A stretch of DNA of 64,000 nt from an uncultured Chlamydiae bacterium (GCA_963713615.1 CAVQMM010000001.1:2560001-2624000); one strand, 5' to 3'; shown: positions 10,033 to 20,863, counted from the stretch's first letter. The notes: generated from the sequence alone by a model not told the origin. A program made the numbers and translations.

Positions 10033-11199
10033 ATGTTCAAACGCTCACTCACTCCAAAGCTCAAGAACGTTGCTGCACATTTTCCAGTGGTCACGTTACT
10101 AGGACCTCGTCAAGCAGGCAAGACTACACTTGTGCGCTCGACTTTCCCTCAACATACTTACATTTCGCTTGAGAAACTGGATGTGCGGGATTTTGCCCTT
10201 TCAGATGCGAGGGGCTTTCTAGAGACTTATGCGGGTAAGGAAGGGGTTATCATTGACGAAGTGCAACATGCACCCGGTCTACTCTCTTACATTCAAACCA
10301 AGGTAGATGAGCATCGTCAGCCGGGCTGCTTCATACTCACGGGATCCCAAAACCTCTTGGTTAATCAATCGGTGGCTCAAACACTGGCCGGCAGAACCTC
10401 ATTGCAAACCTTGCTGCCATTCACTCTTGAAGAGCTCAGACAAGCACAGGCTCTCCCTGACAAGATGGAGAATGCGCTCTTTAATGGCTTCTATCCAAGT
10501 ATATACGCACAGAAAGTACCACCAGCTGATTGGTATTCCAGCTACATTCGTACTTATGTCGAACGTGATGTACGGCAGATCAAAAACATTACAGACCTTC
10601 GTCTCTTTCAAACGTTCCTGAAACTGTGTGCAGGAAGGATCGGACAACTGCTAAATATATCTTCGTTAGCAAACGATTGTGGCATAGGAGTGAGTACGGC
10701 CAAAGGTTGGCTTTCATTGTTAGAAGCGAGCTATCTGATTTTTCTTCTACAACCTCACTATAAAAACTTCAGTAAGCGCCTTGTCAAGTCTCCTAAGCTC
10801 TACTTCTATGACACAGGCCTAGCCTGCTCACTCCTAGGCCTAGAGACGTCTCAAAGCATCGCCACGCACTACCTAAGAGGCGGATTATTCGAATCCATGA
10901 TCATTTCTGACCTGATCAAACAACGCTACAACGTGGGCCTTCCTCCAAACATCTACTTTTGGAGAGACAAGCTTGGGCATGAGGTCGATTGTATCATCGA
11001 TAAAGATGGTAAGCTGATACCTATAGAAATTAAGGCTGGAATGACTATCTCTTCCGATTACTTTCAGAGTTTAGGGAAATGGTGTGCTCTTGCAGAAACT
11101 AATCCAGCCAATGGCATTGTCATCTATGCCGGAGATGCCGCTCAAAAACGGCAAAATGGCCAGGTCATCGGGTGGCAGAATATTTCAGACATTGGTTAA
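10033..11199 (+). CDS. AAA_14 ATPase with DUF4143 domain
   Basis: GPRQAGKTTL, IIDEVQ, LTGSQ, KSPKLYFYDTGL, EVD..PIEIK; start adjusted to 10033. Confidence 0.88.
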   Translation: MFKRSLTPKLKNVAAHFPVVTLLGPRQAGKTTLVRSTFPQHTYISLEKLDVRDFALSDARGFLETYAGKEGVIIDEVQHAPGLLSYIQTKVDEHRQPGCFILTGSQNLLVNQSVAQTLAGRTSLQTLLPFTLEELRQAQALPDKMENALFNGFYPSIYAQKVPPADWYSSYIRTYVERDVRQIKNITDLRLFQTFLKLCAGRIGQLLNISSLANDCGIGVSTAKGWLSLLEASYLIFLLQPHYKNFSKRLVKSPKLYFYDTGLACSLLGLETSQSIATHYLRGGLFESMIISDLIKQRYNVGLPPNIYFWRDKLGHEVDCIIDKDGKLIPIEIKAGMTISSDYFQSLGKWCALAETNPANGIVIYAGDAAQKRQNGQVIGWQNISDIG

Positions 11200-11217
11200 C
11201 ACCATGCGTGATATAGC

Positions 11218-12108
11218 CTATGCGAACTTGTAGGCCAACCGAAGGAGTCTCCATCGCAGGGTCTGGCCCGCTTGATCACGTGCATATTCCACGGTTTCCT
11301 GCCTTGACTGAGTTCCAATAAGACGAATTTCAGCGTCGGTCAGGCGATACATAACGCTATCAACGACATGATGATCATGGAAAATATCCATGAGGTGCTT
11401 ACGGCAGCGGTCAAATACGCGATGCCGCCACCAAAGACGACCCATGAGAAAGACTAGATAGGCTAGTGGTAGAAGCTTCCATGCCTGAGTAGCGACAAAG
11501 GAGTGTGGCCCCCCTTGAAACATAGCGACGACATCGACCACTATGGATAGAAGCAGGAGTCCAAGCAAAATTAAAGCCTCATAGGATGACTGAAGCAATG
11601 GACCAATCCATCGTCGCACGGGTGAAGTCGCCGTGCGGTAACTGAGCATCTCTTCAAATTTTGGCTCTTCGAACGCCATGCGCCCCACATGTGAGAGCTC
11701 ATGAGCCATCAATTCATCGCGGTGATAAATACCTAGAAAGGTCTCCTGAGAAGCAAATTCGCGACGCAATTGCAGCAAAGCCATGGGAGGGCTCTCCTTC
11801 TCCAGCTGAAATATCCAGGCACAGCCTCCATGCCAAGGCATCAGGCGGTGGTTGCTGAAAAAAAGAGGGATCCAAGTGGGAGATATGTCATAGAGACGCT
11901 TACTCGTCTCCAAGGCTTTATGTAGGGGCATCGTCGTACTTAGCTCATCGTGCACGAAGGGAACGTGTTCCTTTAACTCATTGACAATGGACTCTTTGAG
12001 TTTTAGGCAACGCTCGGTACGATCGAGAAATTGCGCTTCAGTCTCGCCTGGTCCTGGAATAAACCCCTGTTCATTGAGTTCGATAAGGCGTGCATCGGAG
12101 AGTGTCAT
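11218..12108 (-). CDS. Hypothetical membrane protein with HExxH motif
   Basis: AHELSH motif and two predicted TM helices; start adjusted to lie outside the adjacent repeat. Confidence 0.65.
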   Translation of the reverse strand: MTLSDARLIELNEQGFIPGPGETEAQFLDRTERCLKLKESIVNELKEHVPFVHDELSTTMPLHKALETSKRLYDISPTWIPLFFSNHRLMPWHGGCAWIFQLEKESPPMALLQLRREFASQETFLGIYHRDELMAHELSHVGRMAFEEPKFEEMLSYRTATSPVRRWIGPLLQSSYEALILLGLLLLSIVVDVVAMFQGGPHSFVATQAWKLLPLAYLVFLMGRLWWRHRVFDRCRKHLMDIFHDHHVVDSVMYRLTDAEIRLIGTQSRQETVEYARDQAGQTLRWRLLRLAYKFA

Positions 12109-12128
12109 TAGCGTTCGTTTCCTTTTTA

Positions 12129-12332
12129 ACAATCGTGTCTCGGCGCGCAGCGCTTTGGAGTGCGGTGGCTTGCGACCGCTTTGGGTTCCTTGCGACGGTT
12201 GTGTTAAGCGTACTAAATTATGACACCCTTAACGAACGACTGTGACGCTGTTTAACACGACCATCGCAAGGAACGAAAAGCGGTCGCAAGCCACCGCACT
12301 CCAAAGCGCTACGCGCCGAGTGACGATTGTGA
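12129..12332. repeat. REP-doublet element, family B (different internal segment)
   Basis: Same outer arms as 7859-8084; inner GGAGTGCGGTGGCTTGCGACCGC...GCGGTCGCAAGCCACCGCACTCC. Confidence 0.85.
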
Positions 12333-12408
12333 GGGTTCTAAATGTTTCCGTAGAACACTGGAGCTGACAGCTTACAAGAATCCCGTATTCTTAAGCAATT
12401 CGTGCATC

Positions 12409-13884
12409 TTACAGTAGGTAGGTGCGCCGTTGCTGGGCATTGCCGTAGCCCAGCTCCCCACGGTATTTTGCGATGGTACGCCGCGCGCACTTGATGCCAT
12501 GTTTGGTCATGAGATGGGAGATTGTCTCATCCGAAAGAGGCTTGCGTTTGTCTTCTTGTTCTACAATCCTACGCAATAGATCACGCGCTGTAGTGGATGA
12601 GACGTCATCTCCCTTCTCTGTTTCCAAAGCGCTCGTAAAAAACGAGCGCAATGGCAGCAAGCCTCGCGGGCTATTGAGATATTTGTTCGAAACGGCTCGT
12701 GCAATTGTACTCTCATGTAGCTCAAGTTCATCGGCTATGGTCCTCATCGTCAGAGGCACCAAATTGCCTTCGGCATGTAAAAAGAAGTCGGCTTGTCGAC
12801 GTGCGAGGCTTTGAGCTATCCGTAAAACCGTGTCGTTACGTTGACCGATCGTACGCATCAGCCATCTGGCTGAAGTAATTTTCTGCTTGATAAAGTCGGC
12901 TGTCTCGGAAGGTAATGTGGGATCCTCCAACATACGCATGTAGCGTCTATTCAGCCTAAATTGTGGGATCGGCTCATCATTGGTTTCAACGACTAACAAA
13001 TCTCCCTCTTTCTTGATAGTGACGTCCGGAACGATGTGTTGCACAGGGACTTGAGAATAGTATGCGCCAGGATGCAGGTCTAGCTTAACAACGTCCTGCT
13101 GAATCGTGCGAGAGACCTCATCCGAAGAATACCCTAGGTTTTTGGCAATGCTCGGAATGCGATTGTGCAGAAGATCATCGTAACACCGATTCACAATAGC
13201 GTAAGCTAACCCTCCTTGCTTTCCTTTTGTTGCTAGCTGGATTAGCAGCGATTCCTGTAGATTTACTGCAGCAACTCCCGGAGGATCAAATGTCTGAATC
13301 ACTTTGAGGATGCCAGTTAACGCCTCCTCATCATAACTGTAGAGAACCGCTAATTCCGAGAGATCTGAGCCCAAATAGCCATTTTCATCTAGCGAGCCTA
13401 TCAACGTTTCAGCCATCTGCAGGTCTGTAGGTTTCGCAAGACTTTCTCGTGCCTGACTCATAAGATGATCGAACAGAGTCTCCTGTTCACAGATAATGGT
13501 TTCCAAAAAGGTCTGACGCTTTTCATCTTCTGCTGTACGCCGCATGCCATAGTTCTCTGTTTCGGCAAAGTGATCGCGAAAGTCGTCATCTAGTTGCTTG
13601 AGAACTTCAAAATTTTGCTGTTCAAAGTCCATCTCTTTGTCTTCATTAGCTCCCCGGTCGTCATCGATCTCGCGGTTAAATGGAGAGTCTTCTTCATGAT
13701 CCTCGGAGTACTCGAGGACAGGATTTTGCTCCATTTCAAGCGCTACGAGGGTAGCCAGTTCCATGATGGGAACCTGCAGAAGCTGAATAGCTTGCTGCAT
13801 CTGAGGTAACATGATAAGACGCTGCGTCTGCTTCTGACTTTGGAGGGTTCTAGGATCCATTTTCATTGCCACTTGGTCAGCCAT
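12409..13884 (-). CDS. rpoN: RNA polymerase sigma-54 factor
   Basis: Gln/Leu-rich region I, HESTIARAV, RpoN box ARRTIAKYR. Confidence 0.97.
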   Translation of the reverse strand: MADQVAMKMDPRTLQSQKQTQRLIMLPQMQQAIQLLQVPIMELATLVALEMEQNPVLEYSEDHEEDSPFNREIDDDRGANEDKEMDFEQQNFEVLKQLDDDFRDHFAETENYGMRRTAEDEKRQTFLETIICEQETLFDHLMSQARESLAKPTDLQMAETLIGSLDENGYLGSDLSELAVLYSYDEEALTGILKVIQTFDPPGVAAVNLQESLLIQLATKGKQGGLAYAIVNRCYDDLLHNRIPSIAKNLGYSSDEVSRTIQQDVVKLDLHPGAYYSQVPVQHIVPDVTIKKEGDLLVVETNDEPIPQFRLNRRYMRMLEDPTLPSETADFIKQKITSARWLMRTIGQRNDTVLRIAQSLARRQADFFLHAEGNLVPLTMRTIADELELHESTIARAVSNKYLNSPRGLLPLRSFFTSALETEKGDDVSSTTARDLLRRIVEQEDKRKPLSDETISHLMTKHGIKCARRTIAKYRGELGYGNAQQRRTYLL

Positions 13885-14043
13885 GGTATGCCTCCCTAGA
13901 ATAGCGGATCTCTGTCTTCAGTATAGTCTTTACCGTCCACAATCACAAAAAAAATATTTTTTAGTTTCTTTTTCATTGAAGGCTAGGCAGTCCTGGCATA
14001 CAGTAAAATTTAGGGGGCGGCCACTAAATTGGCCTAGGTAATT

Positions 14044-16122
14044 ATGTCTACCATCACAGCAATTACAGATTCCCAAGCTCTAGCGGGGATAAAGTCCGGC
14101 CAGGCAAAACCAGCGGTTCTGCTCGTCGATGACGAACCATTGGTTTTAAAAGCACTGGAGAAGACGTTATTGGATCCACGCTTTGACCTCGTTATGGCTG
14201 AAGATGGTGCAGAGGCCTTAAAACTCATGCGCCAGAGGATGTTTGCGGTCATTATCTGTGATCAGCGCATGCCCGGGATAACCGGTGCCGAAGTTTTGCG
14301 TGAAGCCGTTAACATTCAAAGCCATGCCATCCGAATCCTGCTGACTGGCAGTGGAGACCTCAACACTGTCGTCCAAGCCATCAACGTGGGTCAGGCATCA
14401 CAGTTCGTCCTAAAACCCTGGGATGAAGCCTCATTGCGACAAACAGTAACGGGATGCGTCGAAAAGCACCTATTGCTGAAAGAAAACGACCGACTCCAGC
14501 AGCTGACCACGGCACAGCATGAGCAACTAGCCAAGGCCCACGATACCCTAAAACGTGAGCTAAAGCTGGGTGGGCGCATTCATGAGGTGATGCTGCTTGG
14601 ACGCGTTCCTGACAACATTCCCGGCCTTTCCATAGCAGCAGCGACGGTACCATCGCGAGATATCGATGGAGATTTCTTCGACTTCTTCCGGCCACTCCCT
14701 CAAATCTTTGATGTTGTCATCGGGGATGTGATGGGTAAGGGGATTCCTGCCGCGCTAGTAGGTACCGCTGTAAAAACCCAGCTAACCCGATTTGCCGTGC
14801 CGTTTAATCGTCTCCAAGTTTTCGATAAACACGGTATTTGGCGGGATGACGTCTTCAGTCCCCAAGAGATTTTGACGCGTGTTCAGAAGGAAGTGTCGCC
14901 TGCATTGATTGATTTAGAGTACTTTGCAAGCTTGTTTTATGGCCGCTTTGACTTGAAGCAAACGACCTTTACCTATGTAGACTGCGGCTCATCAAAACCC
15001 CTACATTACCGAGCAGCCCTCAAGCAAGCTACAGAGCTGCGAGGCGATAACTTCCCGGTCGGCGTATTGCCCTCGGAAACATTGACGTCGATCACAACGC
15101 GCTTTGACAGAGGAGACCTCTTCGTCTTTTACTCTGATGGAGTAACGGAAGCGCGTACCCCTACTGGTGAGCTCTTTGGCAGTGCTCGCCTCAAGGCTTT
15201 GGTGGAGCAAAATCATGACCTGACCGCTAATGAGCTCCTAGCTACCATTAAACGCACTGTCGTCACCTTCGCTGGTAAAGCGCAGTTTGACGACGATGTG
15301 ACCATCATCGTCGTACGGGTCGATAATACGTTGGTGCCTGAGTTCGCTAAACAAGCAACGGCCAAATTCAGTAGCGATCTTTCCCAAGCTAAGGCTGTGC
15401 GCGAATTTGTTCGAAGACTCTGTCTGCAAGCACCTGGAGATCGTGAACGTCTCGACCAAGAGCTCCAACTTGCAATCAACGAAGCCTTTTGTAATATTGT
15501 GATTCATGGCTACAAGCGAACAAAAGGCGAAATCATCCTCCGTGGCGAGCTTGGGGAAGAAGGGATTGTTTTGGAGCTTAGTGATCAAGGACCCGTATTC
15601 GACCCTTCCGCAGTGGCTGACCCCAGCTTCACGGGTGACCGAGATGATGGCTTTGGTTGGTATATAGTCAAAGAGATCGCCGACCGGGTTATCTACGCGC
15701 GCAAAGAGTCGGAGAAAGGGTGGAACCATCTAAAAATCTTTAAGAAATATCATTTAGAAGAGGGTAAGATGGAGATTTCGCATGATACCAAAGAAGGCAT
15801 CCTAATAGTGACACTAGAAGGCGAACACTTAGATGCCCGCGAGACGCCCTTCTTCAAACAGAAGGTCAACGACCTGTTGGAAGGCGAAAGCTGTAGCAGA
15901 GCGGTCTTTGATTTGCATAGACTTCAGTTCATAGACAGTTCGGGCTTAGGAGCCTTCCTGTCTATCCTCAAGACATTGCACAGCAAAGGTGGTGACCTTA
16001 AGCTATCTGGCATGAACAGAACCATCCGCACAATGTTTGAACTGGTATGCATGCATAAGATTTTCGAAATCTTTAATTCCCCAGAGGAAGCGTTACGTTC
16101 CTTCGAAATCTCCAGGCAGTAG
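14044..16122 (+). CDS. Fused REC - SpoIIE/PP2C phosphatase - anti-sigma kinase (HATPase) - STAS protein
   Basis: LLVDDEP, CDQRMP; GDFFDF, GDVMGKG, YSDGVTEA, DDVT; AINEAFCNIVIHG, GFGW; FIDSSGLG. Confidence 0.9.
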   Translation: MSTITAITDSQALAGIKSGQAKPAVLLVDDEPLVLKALEKTLLDPRFDLVMAEDGAEALKLMRQRMFAVIICDQRMPGITGAEVLREAVNIQSHAIRILLTGSGDLNTVVQAINVGQASQFVLKPWDEASLRQTVTGCVEKHLLLKENDRLQQLTTAQHEQLAKAHDTLKRELKLGGRIHEVMLLGRVPDNIPGLSIAAATVPSRDIDGDFFDFFRPLPQIFDVVIGDVMGKGIPAALVGTAVKTQLTRFAVPFNRLQVFDKHGIWRDDVFSPQEILTRVQKEVSPALIDLEYFASLFYGRFDLKQTTFTYVDCGSSKPLHYRAALKQATELRGDNFPVGVLPSETLTSITTRFDRGDLFVFYSDGVTEARTPTGELFGSARLKALVEQNHDLTANELLATIKRTVVTFAGKAQFDDDVTIIVVRVDNTLVPEFAKQATAKFSSDLSQAKAVREFVRRLCLQAPGDRERLDQELQLAINEAFCNIVIHGYKRTKGEIILRGELGEEGIVLELSDQGPVFDPSAVADPSFTGDRDDGFGWYIVKEIADRVIYARKESEKGWNHLKIFKKYHLEEGKMEISHDTKEGILIVTLEGEHLDARETPFFKQKVNDLLEGESCSRAVFDLHRLQFIDSSGLGAFLSILKTLHSKGGDLKLSGMNRTIRTMFELVCMHKIFEIFNSPEEALRSFEISRQ

Positions 16123-16179
16123 CCGCAGCTTATAGACTGGTTTGTATCTTTGCTCGCGCAGTGACGGGAGAATAATGGG

Positions 16180-16923
16180 ATGACGACGCGCACACCATTA
16201 ACGGGAGCAGCCCGGCAGCGACTCATCGCCGCACTTCATCGCCAGTATGTCGAAGGTCCCACAAAGCGGCACCGCTGGAAATACCTTGCGAAGGTATATG
16301 GGTGGGTGTTTGTCGTCACGGGCGCCAAAGCTATCAAGAGATGCAGCGATGTGATCGTATCAGTCATCCTATTAGTCATTCTTAGCCCCGCATTTCTGCT
16401 GATTGCTGGACTCATCAAAGCCACTGACAATGGACCGATCCTATACGTTTCACGCCGTATCGGCCGATGGGGCAAAGAGTTTCTATGTCCCAAATTCCGA
16501 TCCATGCATGTCGATGCCGAGAAGCGTAAAGCGGCCCTAGAAAGTAGTGAAGCATTTAAGGGTTCTGTCAGGTTCAAAATGAAGAGCGATCCCAGAATCA
16601 CGTGGATAGGAAATATCTTACGTAAAACGAGTATGGATGAACTCCCGCAGCTATGGTGCGTACTAAAAGGAGAGATGTCTTTGGTAGGACCGCGCCCCCC
16701 GCTACCTGAAGAAGTTGCCAAGTACACATTAGAAGAGCGTCGACGCCTCGATATCATCCCCGGACTCACTTGCTTCTGGCAAGTCAGTGGTCGATCGGAT
16801 ATCCCCTTTGACGAACAAGTGAAACTCGATTTACAGTACATTCAAAGTCAGAGCATCTGGGTGGACCTCAAAATCCTACTTAAAACCATTCCAGCAGTGA
16901 TTTTTGGGCGAGGAGCATACTAA
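16180..16923 (+). CDS. Initiating polyprenyl-phosphate sugar phosphotransferase (Bac_transf)
   Basis: KFRSM, DPRIT.IG..LRKTSMDELPQL, GEMSLVGPRP, PGLTCFWQVSGRS. Confidence 0.93.
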   Translation: MTTRTPLTGAARQRLIAALHRQYVEGPTKRHRWKYLAKVYGWVFVVTGAKAIKRCSDVIVSVILLVILSPAFLLIAGLIKATDNGPILYVSRRIGRWGKEFLCPKFRSMHVDAEKRKAALESSEAFKGSVRFKMKSDPRITWIGNILRKTSMDELPQLWCVLKGEMSLVGPRPPLPEEVAKYTLEERRRLDIIPGLTCFWQVSGRSDIPFDEQVKLDLQYIQSQSIWVDLKILLKTIPAVIFGRGAY

Positions 16924-16940
16924 CATTAGGGGAAAATGAC

Positions 16941-18398
16941 GTGAAAGCTGTACTTAATGCCACAGGCTACTGCTCCTCACTCACGCCACTCGTTCTGCGG
17001 CGTCCTACGCCTCTATTTCGCGTCGTCGATAAACCCATCATCGTGCATGTCATTGAATTTCTCGTTAGCAATGGGTTTTCTAAAATTGAACTCGTGCTAA
17101 GCCACTTGCCAGAAATGATCGAAGATGTCCTAGAGGAAGGCTCGCGTTGGGGTGTCAAAATCACCTATCACCTCACTAGAGACCCTAATAAACCTTTCGC
17201 TGTCCTCAGCCCCGTCTCCAGGGGTTGGAAGGATCATATCCTCCTCCTAGGACGCGCCGATGTGTTGCCCAACTTTGATCTACAAAAGCTCAAGAGTCCC
17301 AGCCACTTAAAGGCTACGCTATTGTATACAGCCAACGGCTGCTGGACCGGTTGGGGCCTACTTCCCGCCAGTGCATTGGGCAATATGCATATCGACGCCC
17401 CCTTCGATGCCTTGCCAGAGTCTATTGGAGAGCATAATCGGTTGACCACGAAGAGTTCTGAAATGGAAGCTCTTTCTTTTGCCGGATGGCAGCAGTCGAA
17501 CAATGAGCTGATTCAACGACGTACCTCCACAGCAGCCTTTCCCTCCACATCGCGGATGGTAGAACCGGGCATCTGGCTGTCGAGAGCGACGACCATTCAT
17601 CCCACCGCCATTATTACCCCTCCAGTCTTTATTGGGGATAACTGTCAGATCTTGGAAGGGGCAAGCATTGGCCCTAATACCGTTGTAGAGAATCACTGCA
17701 TCATCGACCGACAAAGTTTGGTTGAAAACTCCATCGTATGCCAAGAAAGCTACGTGGGACGTTCTTTAGAAATTCGCGACAGTGTGGTAGATCGCAATAC
17801 ACTGGTAAATCTGTCCCTGCAGACCTCGGTGATCATCCGAGATGATTTCATCTTGGCCCACCTGGCTCCACCGCCTCTAAGTCAGCAGATTTTTAATGGC
17901 GTGGAGCGCGTGACCGCCTTGCTGATTGTATTGGTACTAGCACCATTTTTACTGTTCTTCACGCTATTGTGGGGCTTAAAGTTCTCAAAAATGTTGCAGC
18001 TGCCCATCGAGCGAGAAAATGACCCATGGCCAACATTTCATTTTTATACCTTTGAAAGACCTGAAGGCAGAATCTCATCACGTATATGGAGACTGTTCCA
18101 ACACCTTCCGTCCCTCATCAATATTGTTCGTGGGGAGTTACATTTTGTAGGAGTCCACCCTATGACAGCCCTACAGCTAGAACGCATGCTCCCGGATTGG
18201 CAAAAGCTCTATCGCAAAACCAAAGTAGGCCTCATCACCCTCGCCGATGTGGACTATATGGGCTACCCATCGGACTCTGAACGCTTTGCATCCGAAACCT
18301 ATTATGCCGCCCACCAAAAAGTACGCTTTGATATTCATGTGCTCACTCGTTGGTTTGGACGCAAACTCTTCGGCGTCTTCAAAGCAGACTCAGAGTAG
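16941..18398 (+). CDS. Degenerate NTP-transferase + left-handed beta-helix + TM + sugar-transferase-like fusion
   Basis: P.PLFRVVDKPII, hexapeptide repeats (PPVFIGDNCQILEGASIGP), LPSLINIVRGELHFVGV; GTG start. Confidence 0.75.
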   Translation: MKAVLNATGYCSSLTPLVLRRPTPLFRVVDKPIIVHVIEFLVSNGFSKIELVLSHLPEMIEDVLEEGSRWGVKITYHLTRDPNKPFAVLSPVSRGWKDHILLLGRADVLPNFDLQKLKSPSHLKATLLYTANGCWTGWGLLPASALGNMHIDAPFDALPESIGEHNRLTTKSSEMEALSFAGWQQSNNELIQRRTSTAAFPSTSRMVEPGIWLSRATTIHPTAIITPPVFIGDNCQILEGASIGPNTVVENHCIIDRQSLVENSIVCQESYVGRSLEIRDSVVDRNTLVNLSLQTSVIIRDDFILAHLAPPPLSQQIFNGVERVTALLIVLVLAPFLLFFTLLWGLKFSKMLQLPIERENDPWPTFHFYTFERPEGRISSRIWRLFQHLPSLINIVRGELHFVGVHPMTALQLERMLPDWQKLYRKTKVGLITLADVDYMGYPSDSERFASETYYAAHQKVRFDIHVLTRWFGRKLFGVFKADSE

Positions 18399-18535
18399 GA
18401 GAGAGGAATTAAGATTAGAATCTTTTACCGCCGATAGTCTCACACCTTGTGAAAAAAAAGCTCTTTCAGCTAAAAGCCTGTAGAACATCATCAATAAGTT
18501 GCTATCATTATTTGAGCGAACTTTCGGGGTAGGCT

Positions 18536-20527
18536 ATGCACAAACTCATTCTGATCACTGCTTGGCTCACAGTTATCTGTGCGGCCATTGGCGGCACAGT
18601 CTGTTATCTGGCATATGAGGCCCAGAACAGACAGGAAAATGTCGATTATCGCGAGGTTGTAGCCCTACTCTCCGCGAAAAAGACCGATGAAGCACTGGAC
18701 ATCCTAAAACCTTACTCCAAAGACCTCTCAGTAACTCCTCCACAGGGTTTGGATTGGTTGCCGTTATTTATCGAAGCCTATCAACAAGCTGACAATGCTA
18801 CTGAGCTCGTAGCCCTCTATCTATCCTATCCGCGCGGCTTCGATAGCAATGAAGAAGCTACTCTCAAAGTAGCTGCAGCACTGCTGTCACAAAAAAAAGT
18901 TGACGACTTCTACCGTCTCGCCAGCAGCTGGCAGAACCGGCTGACAAAAGAGGCTGACTGGTTTGTCCTAGATGCCGATGCTCTATTGGTGGAAGGAAGA
19001 ATTAATGAAGCCCTGAAACTCTTGCAGTCCCGGGTGTTTGACGGCACTGAGGACAGTGGAAGGCTGATCCGTCTAGCCCTCATTCATGCTAAAGACAATC
19101 TTGCTGAATCCTGGAATATCCTCGGCGAAGCCTTGGAAAAAGATCCCACCAATGCCGATGTAACCACTTACCGCGCCCAAATCCTCGAAGCCATCCAAAA
19201 ACCTACTCTCGCACGTATCGAATATCTTAGCGCTATCCAGAAGGATCCTAGAAATCCTAGTCTCATCTACCAGCTCGGCGAGTTTTATCGTCGCAATGGC
19301 CACTATGAATTAGCATTAAACGCCTGGAGTCAGGGTCTCGATCTCCCTCACAGTGAGGAACTATGGCTAGCGACTCTCTTCTGGTCGAAGATGACATCGC
19401 CAATGAAATCTCAGCCTGCCGCAACACCACCCAAAAACAGTGCATTGTCACCACTCATTACTTACCTACATCAGTTGCCAGCAGATCATTTTTGGAATGA
19501 TGTCGCGTTTGATGCTCTTCCTGAAGCCGCTACGTACCTCAAGACGCGTCAAGAAACTTTCTGGCTACGGCTCGCTAACGCACTGGCCCAGAGCGATGAA
19601 GCACACGCTGCTGAGTTGCTGGATTTCAATACATTCCATAACACCAGCTGGTCTCCACAGCTACAGCTAGCATTACAACAAATTTTGGCATACCGCCGCT
19701 ATGGGATCCTACACATTGATGAGGTCAGTCCACCTAATCAAGATAATTCCTTAGCCGAGGAAGACTCTGCAACTCGCTCCTGGCCTCCGCATCAGCTATT
19801 CAGAACATTACAGACTTTGGCACAGAAAACGCCCGCTGGCCTGCCCGCCCAAGATGTCCCCTTGGATATCCAAGCGCTCCTTAATAGCAGACTAGCTTTT
19901 CCAGCCGCCTTCCTCGCCAGCGGCTGGTTAGAGGCGGCTCTGACCTTTCCCGTTCCGCGCGTAGTCCCCGAAGACTTTCCAGGATGGGTCTCGTTTGCCT
20001 ATACACAGGCCATCCGCTACGGCCGTAGCCCTCTAGAAGCGCTTAATTTCGCTACTCGGCAAACACCTAATCAACCCCTGACGTTATTGACCGGCGAACT
20101 CATGATCAGCACAGGTAGCCCAGATGCTGGCATCGAACAACTGAAACCCCTCACAGGCAACTATAATGAGATCGGCGTCCGTGCCGCTTGGCTCATCAGC
20201 CAGGTCAATTTAGATCGTAAGGACTTCCAAGCTGCCCAAGACACCGTAATGCAACATCCTATGCTATCTCGACATGTCGTAGGCAAGGAGACCCTAGCGC
20301 GTATCGCCCTTCAGCAAGGAGATATCGCCCAGGCTGATACCCTCTACGGTAAGATCGAAAAAGAGTCTTTAGAAGCGAGATTCTATCTGGCCCGCCGAGC
20401 CCTATCAGAGAAAAAATGGGACTTGGCTAGAAGACTCACTGAACAACTCGTGATTGAATACCCCGATAACCAACAACTACATAGAGACCTACAACGTCTG
20501 CGGGTCTTAACTGAAGAAGGATCATAA
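18536..20527 (+). CDS. N-terminally anchored TPR protein (paralog 1)
   Basis: N-terminal TM and TPR-like helices; shares WFVLDAD, QLxEFYRRxG, FWLRL and GELxISxGSPDAG with 22478-24658. Confidence 0.8.
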   Translation: MHKLILITAWLTVICAAIGGTVCYLAYEAQNRQENVDYREVVALLSAKKTDEALDILKPYSKDLSVTPPQGLDWLPLFIEAYQQADNATELVALYLSYPRGFDSNEEATLKVAAALLSQKKVDDFYRLASSWQNRLTKEADWFVLDADALLVEGRINEALKLLQSRVFDGTEDSGRLIRLALIHAKDNLAESWNILGEALEKDPTNADVTTYRAQILEAIQKPTLARIEYLSAIQKDPRNPSLIYQLGEFYRRNGHYELALNAWSQGLDLPHSEELWLATLFWSKMTSPMKSQPAATPPKNSALSPLITYLHQLPADHFWNDVAFDALPEAATYLKTRQETFWLRLANALAQSDEAHAAELLDFNTFHNTSWSPQLQLALQQILAYRRYGILHIDEVSPPNQDNSLAEEDSATRSWPPHQLFRTLQTLAQKTPAGLPAQDVPLDIQALLNSRLAFPAAFLASGWLEAALTFPVPRVVPEDFPGWVSFAYTQAIRYGRSPLEALNFATRQTPNQPLTLLTGELMISTGSPDAGIEQLKPLTGNYNEIGVRAAWLISQVNLDRKDFQAAQDTVMQHPMLSRHVVGKETLARIALQQGDIAQADTLYGKIEKESLEARFYLARRALSEKKWDLARRLTEQLVIEYPDNQQLHRDLQRLRVLTEEGS

Positions 20528-20533
20528 ACATTC

Positions 20534-20863
20534 ATGAAGCTCAAGACTCTATTGATCAGCCCATTATTCCTATCACTCGCTACCTGTCTGAACGCGACAG
20601 AACTCGCTTCGGATACCCCAAGTCCAGGTCATCATGGACAGCTCCTGCTGGCTCGCCGCGAAGCGATTGCTAATAACCTAAACCTACTCTATGACCGTAA
20701 TACTCGCGCAGATAGACAACGACAAGACCGTCGAGAGTACTACCGCTCCCGTCTGCAGACACGAAACTCTTGTTCCAAATGTCAACCTACTGAGGACCAA
20801 GCAATTGACGATACCGTAAGCGAACAACCCCCTACCCAAAGCGATACCACGCACGTGGTATAG
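20534..20863 (+). CDS. Small secreted hypothetical protein
   Basis: Signal peptide; LLLARRE...LLYDRN; a CxxC motif. Confidence 0.65.
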   Translation: MKLKTLLISPLFLSLATCLNATELASDTPSPGHHGQLLLARREAIANNLNLLYDRNTRADRQRQDRREYYRSRLQTRNSCSKCQPTEDQAIDDTVSEQPPTQSDTTHVV

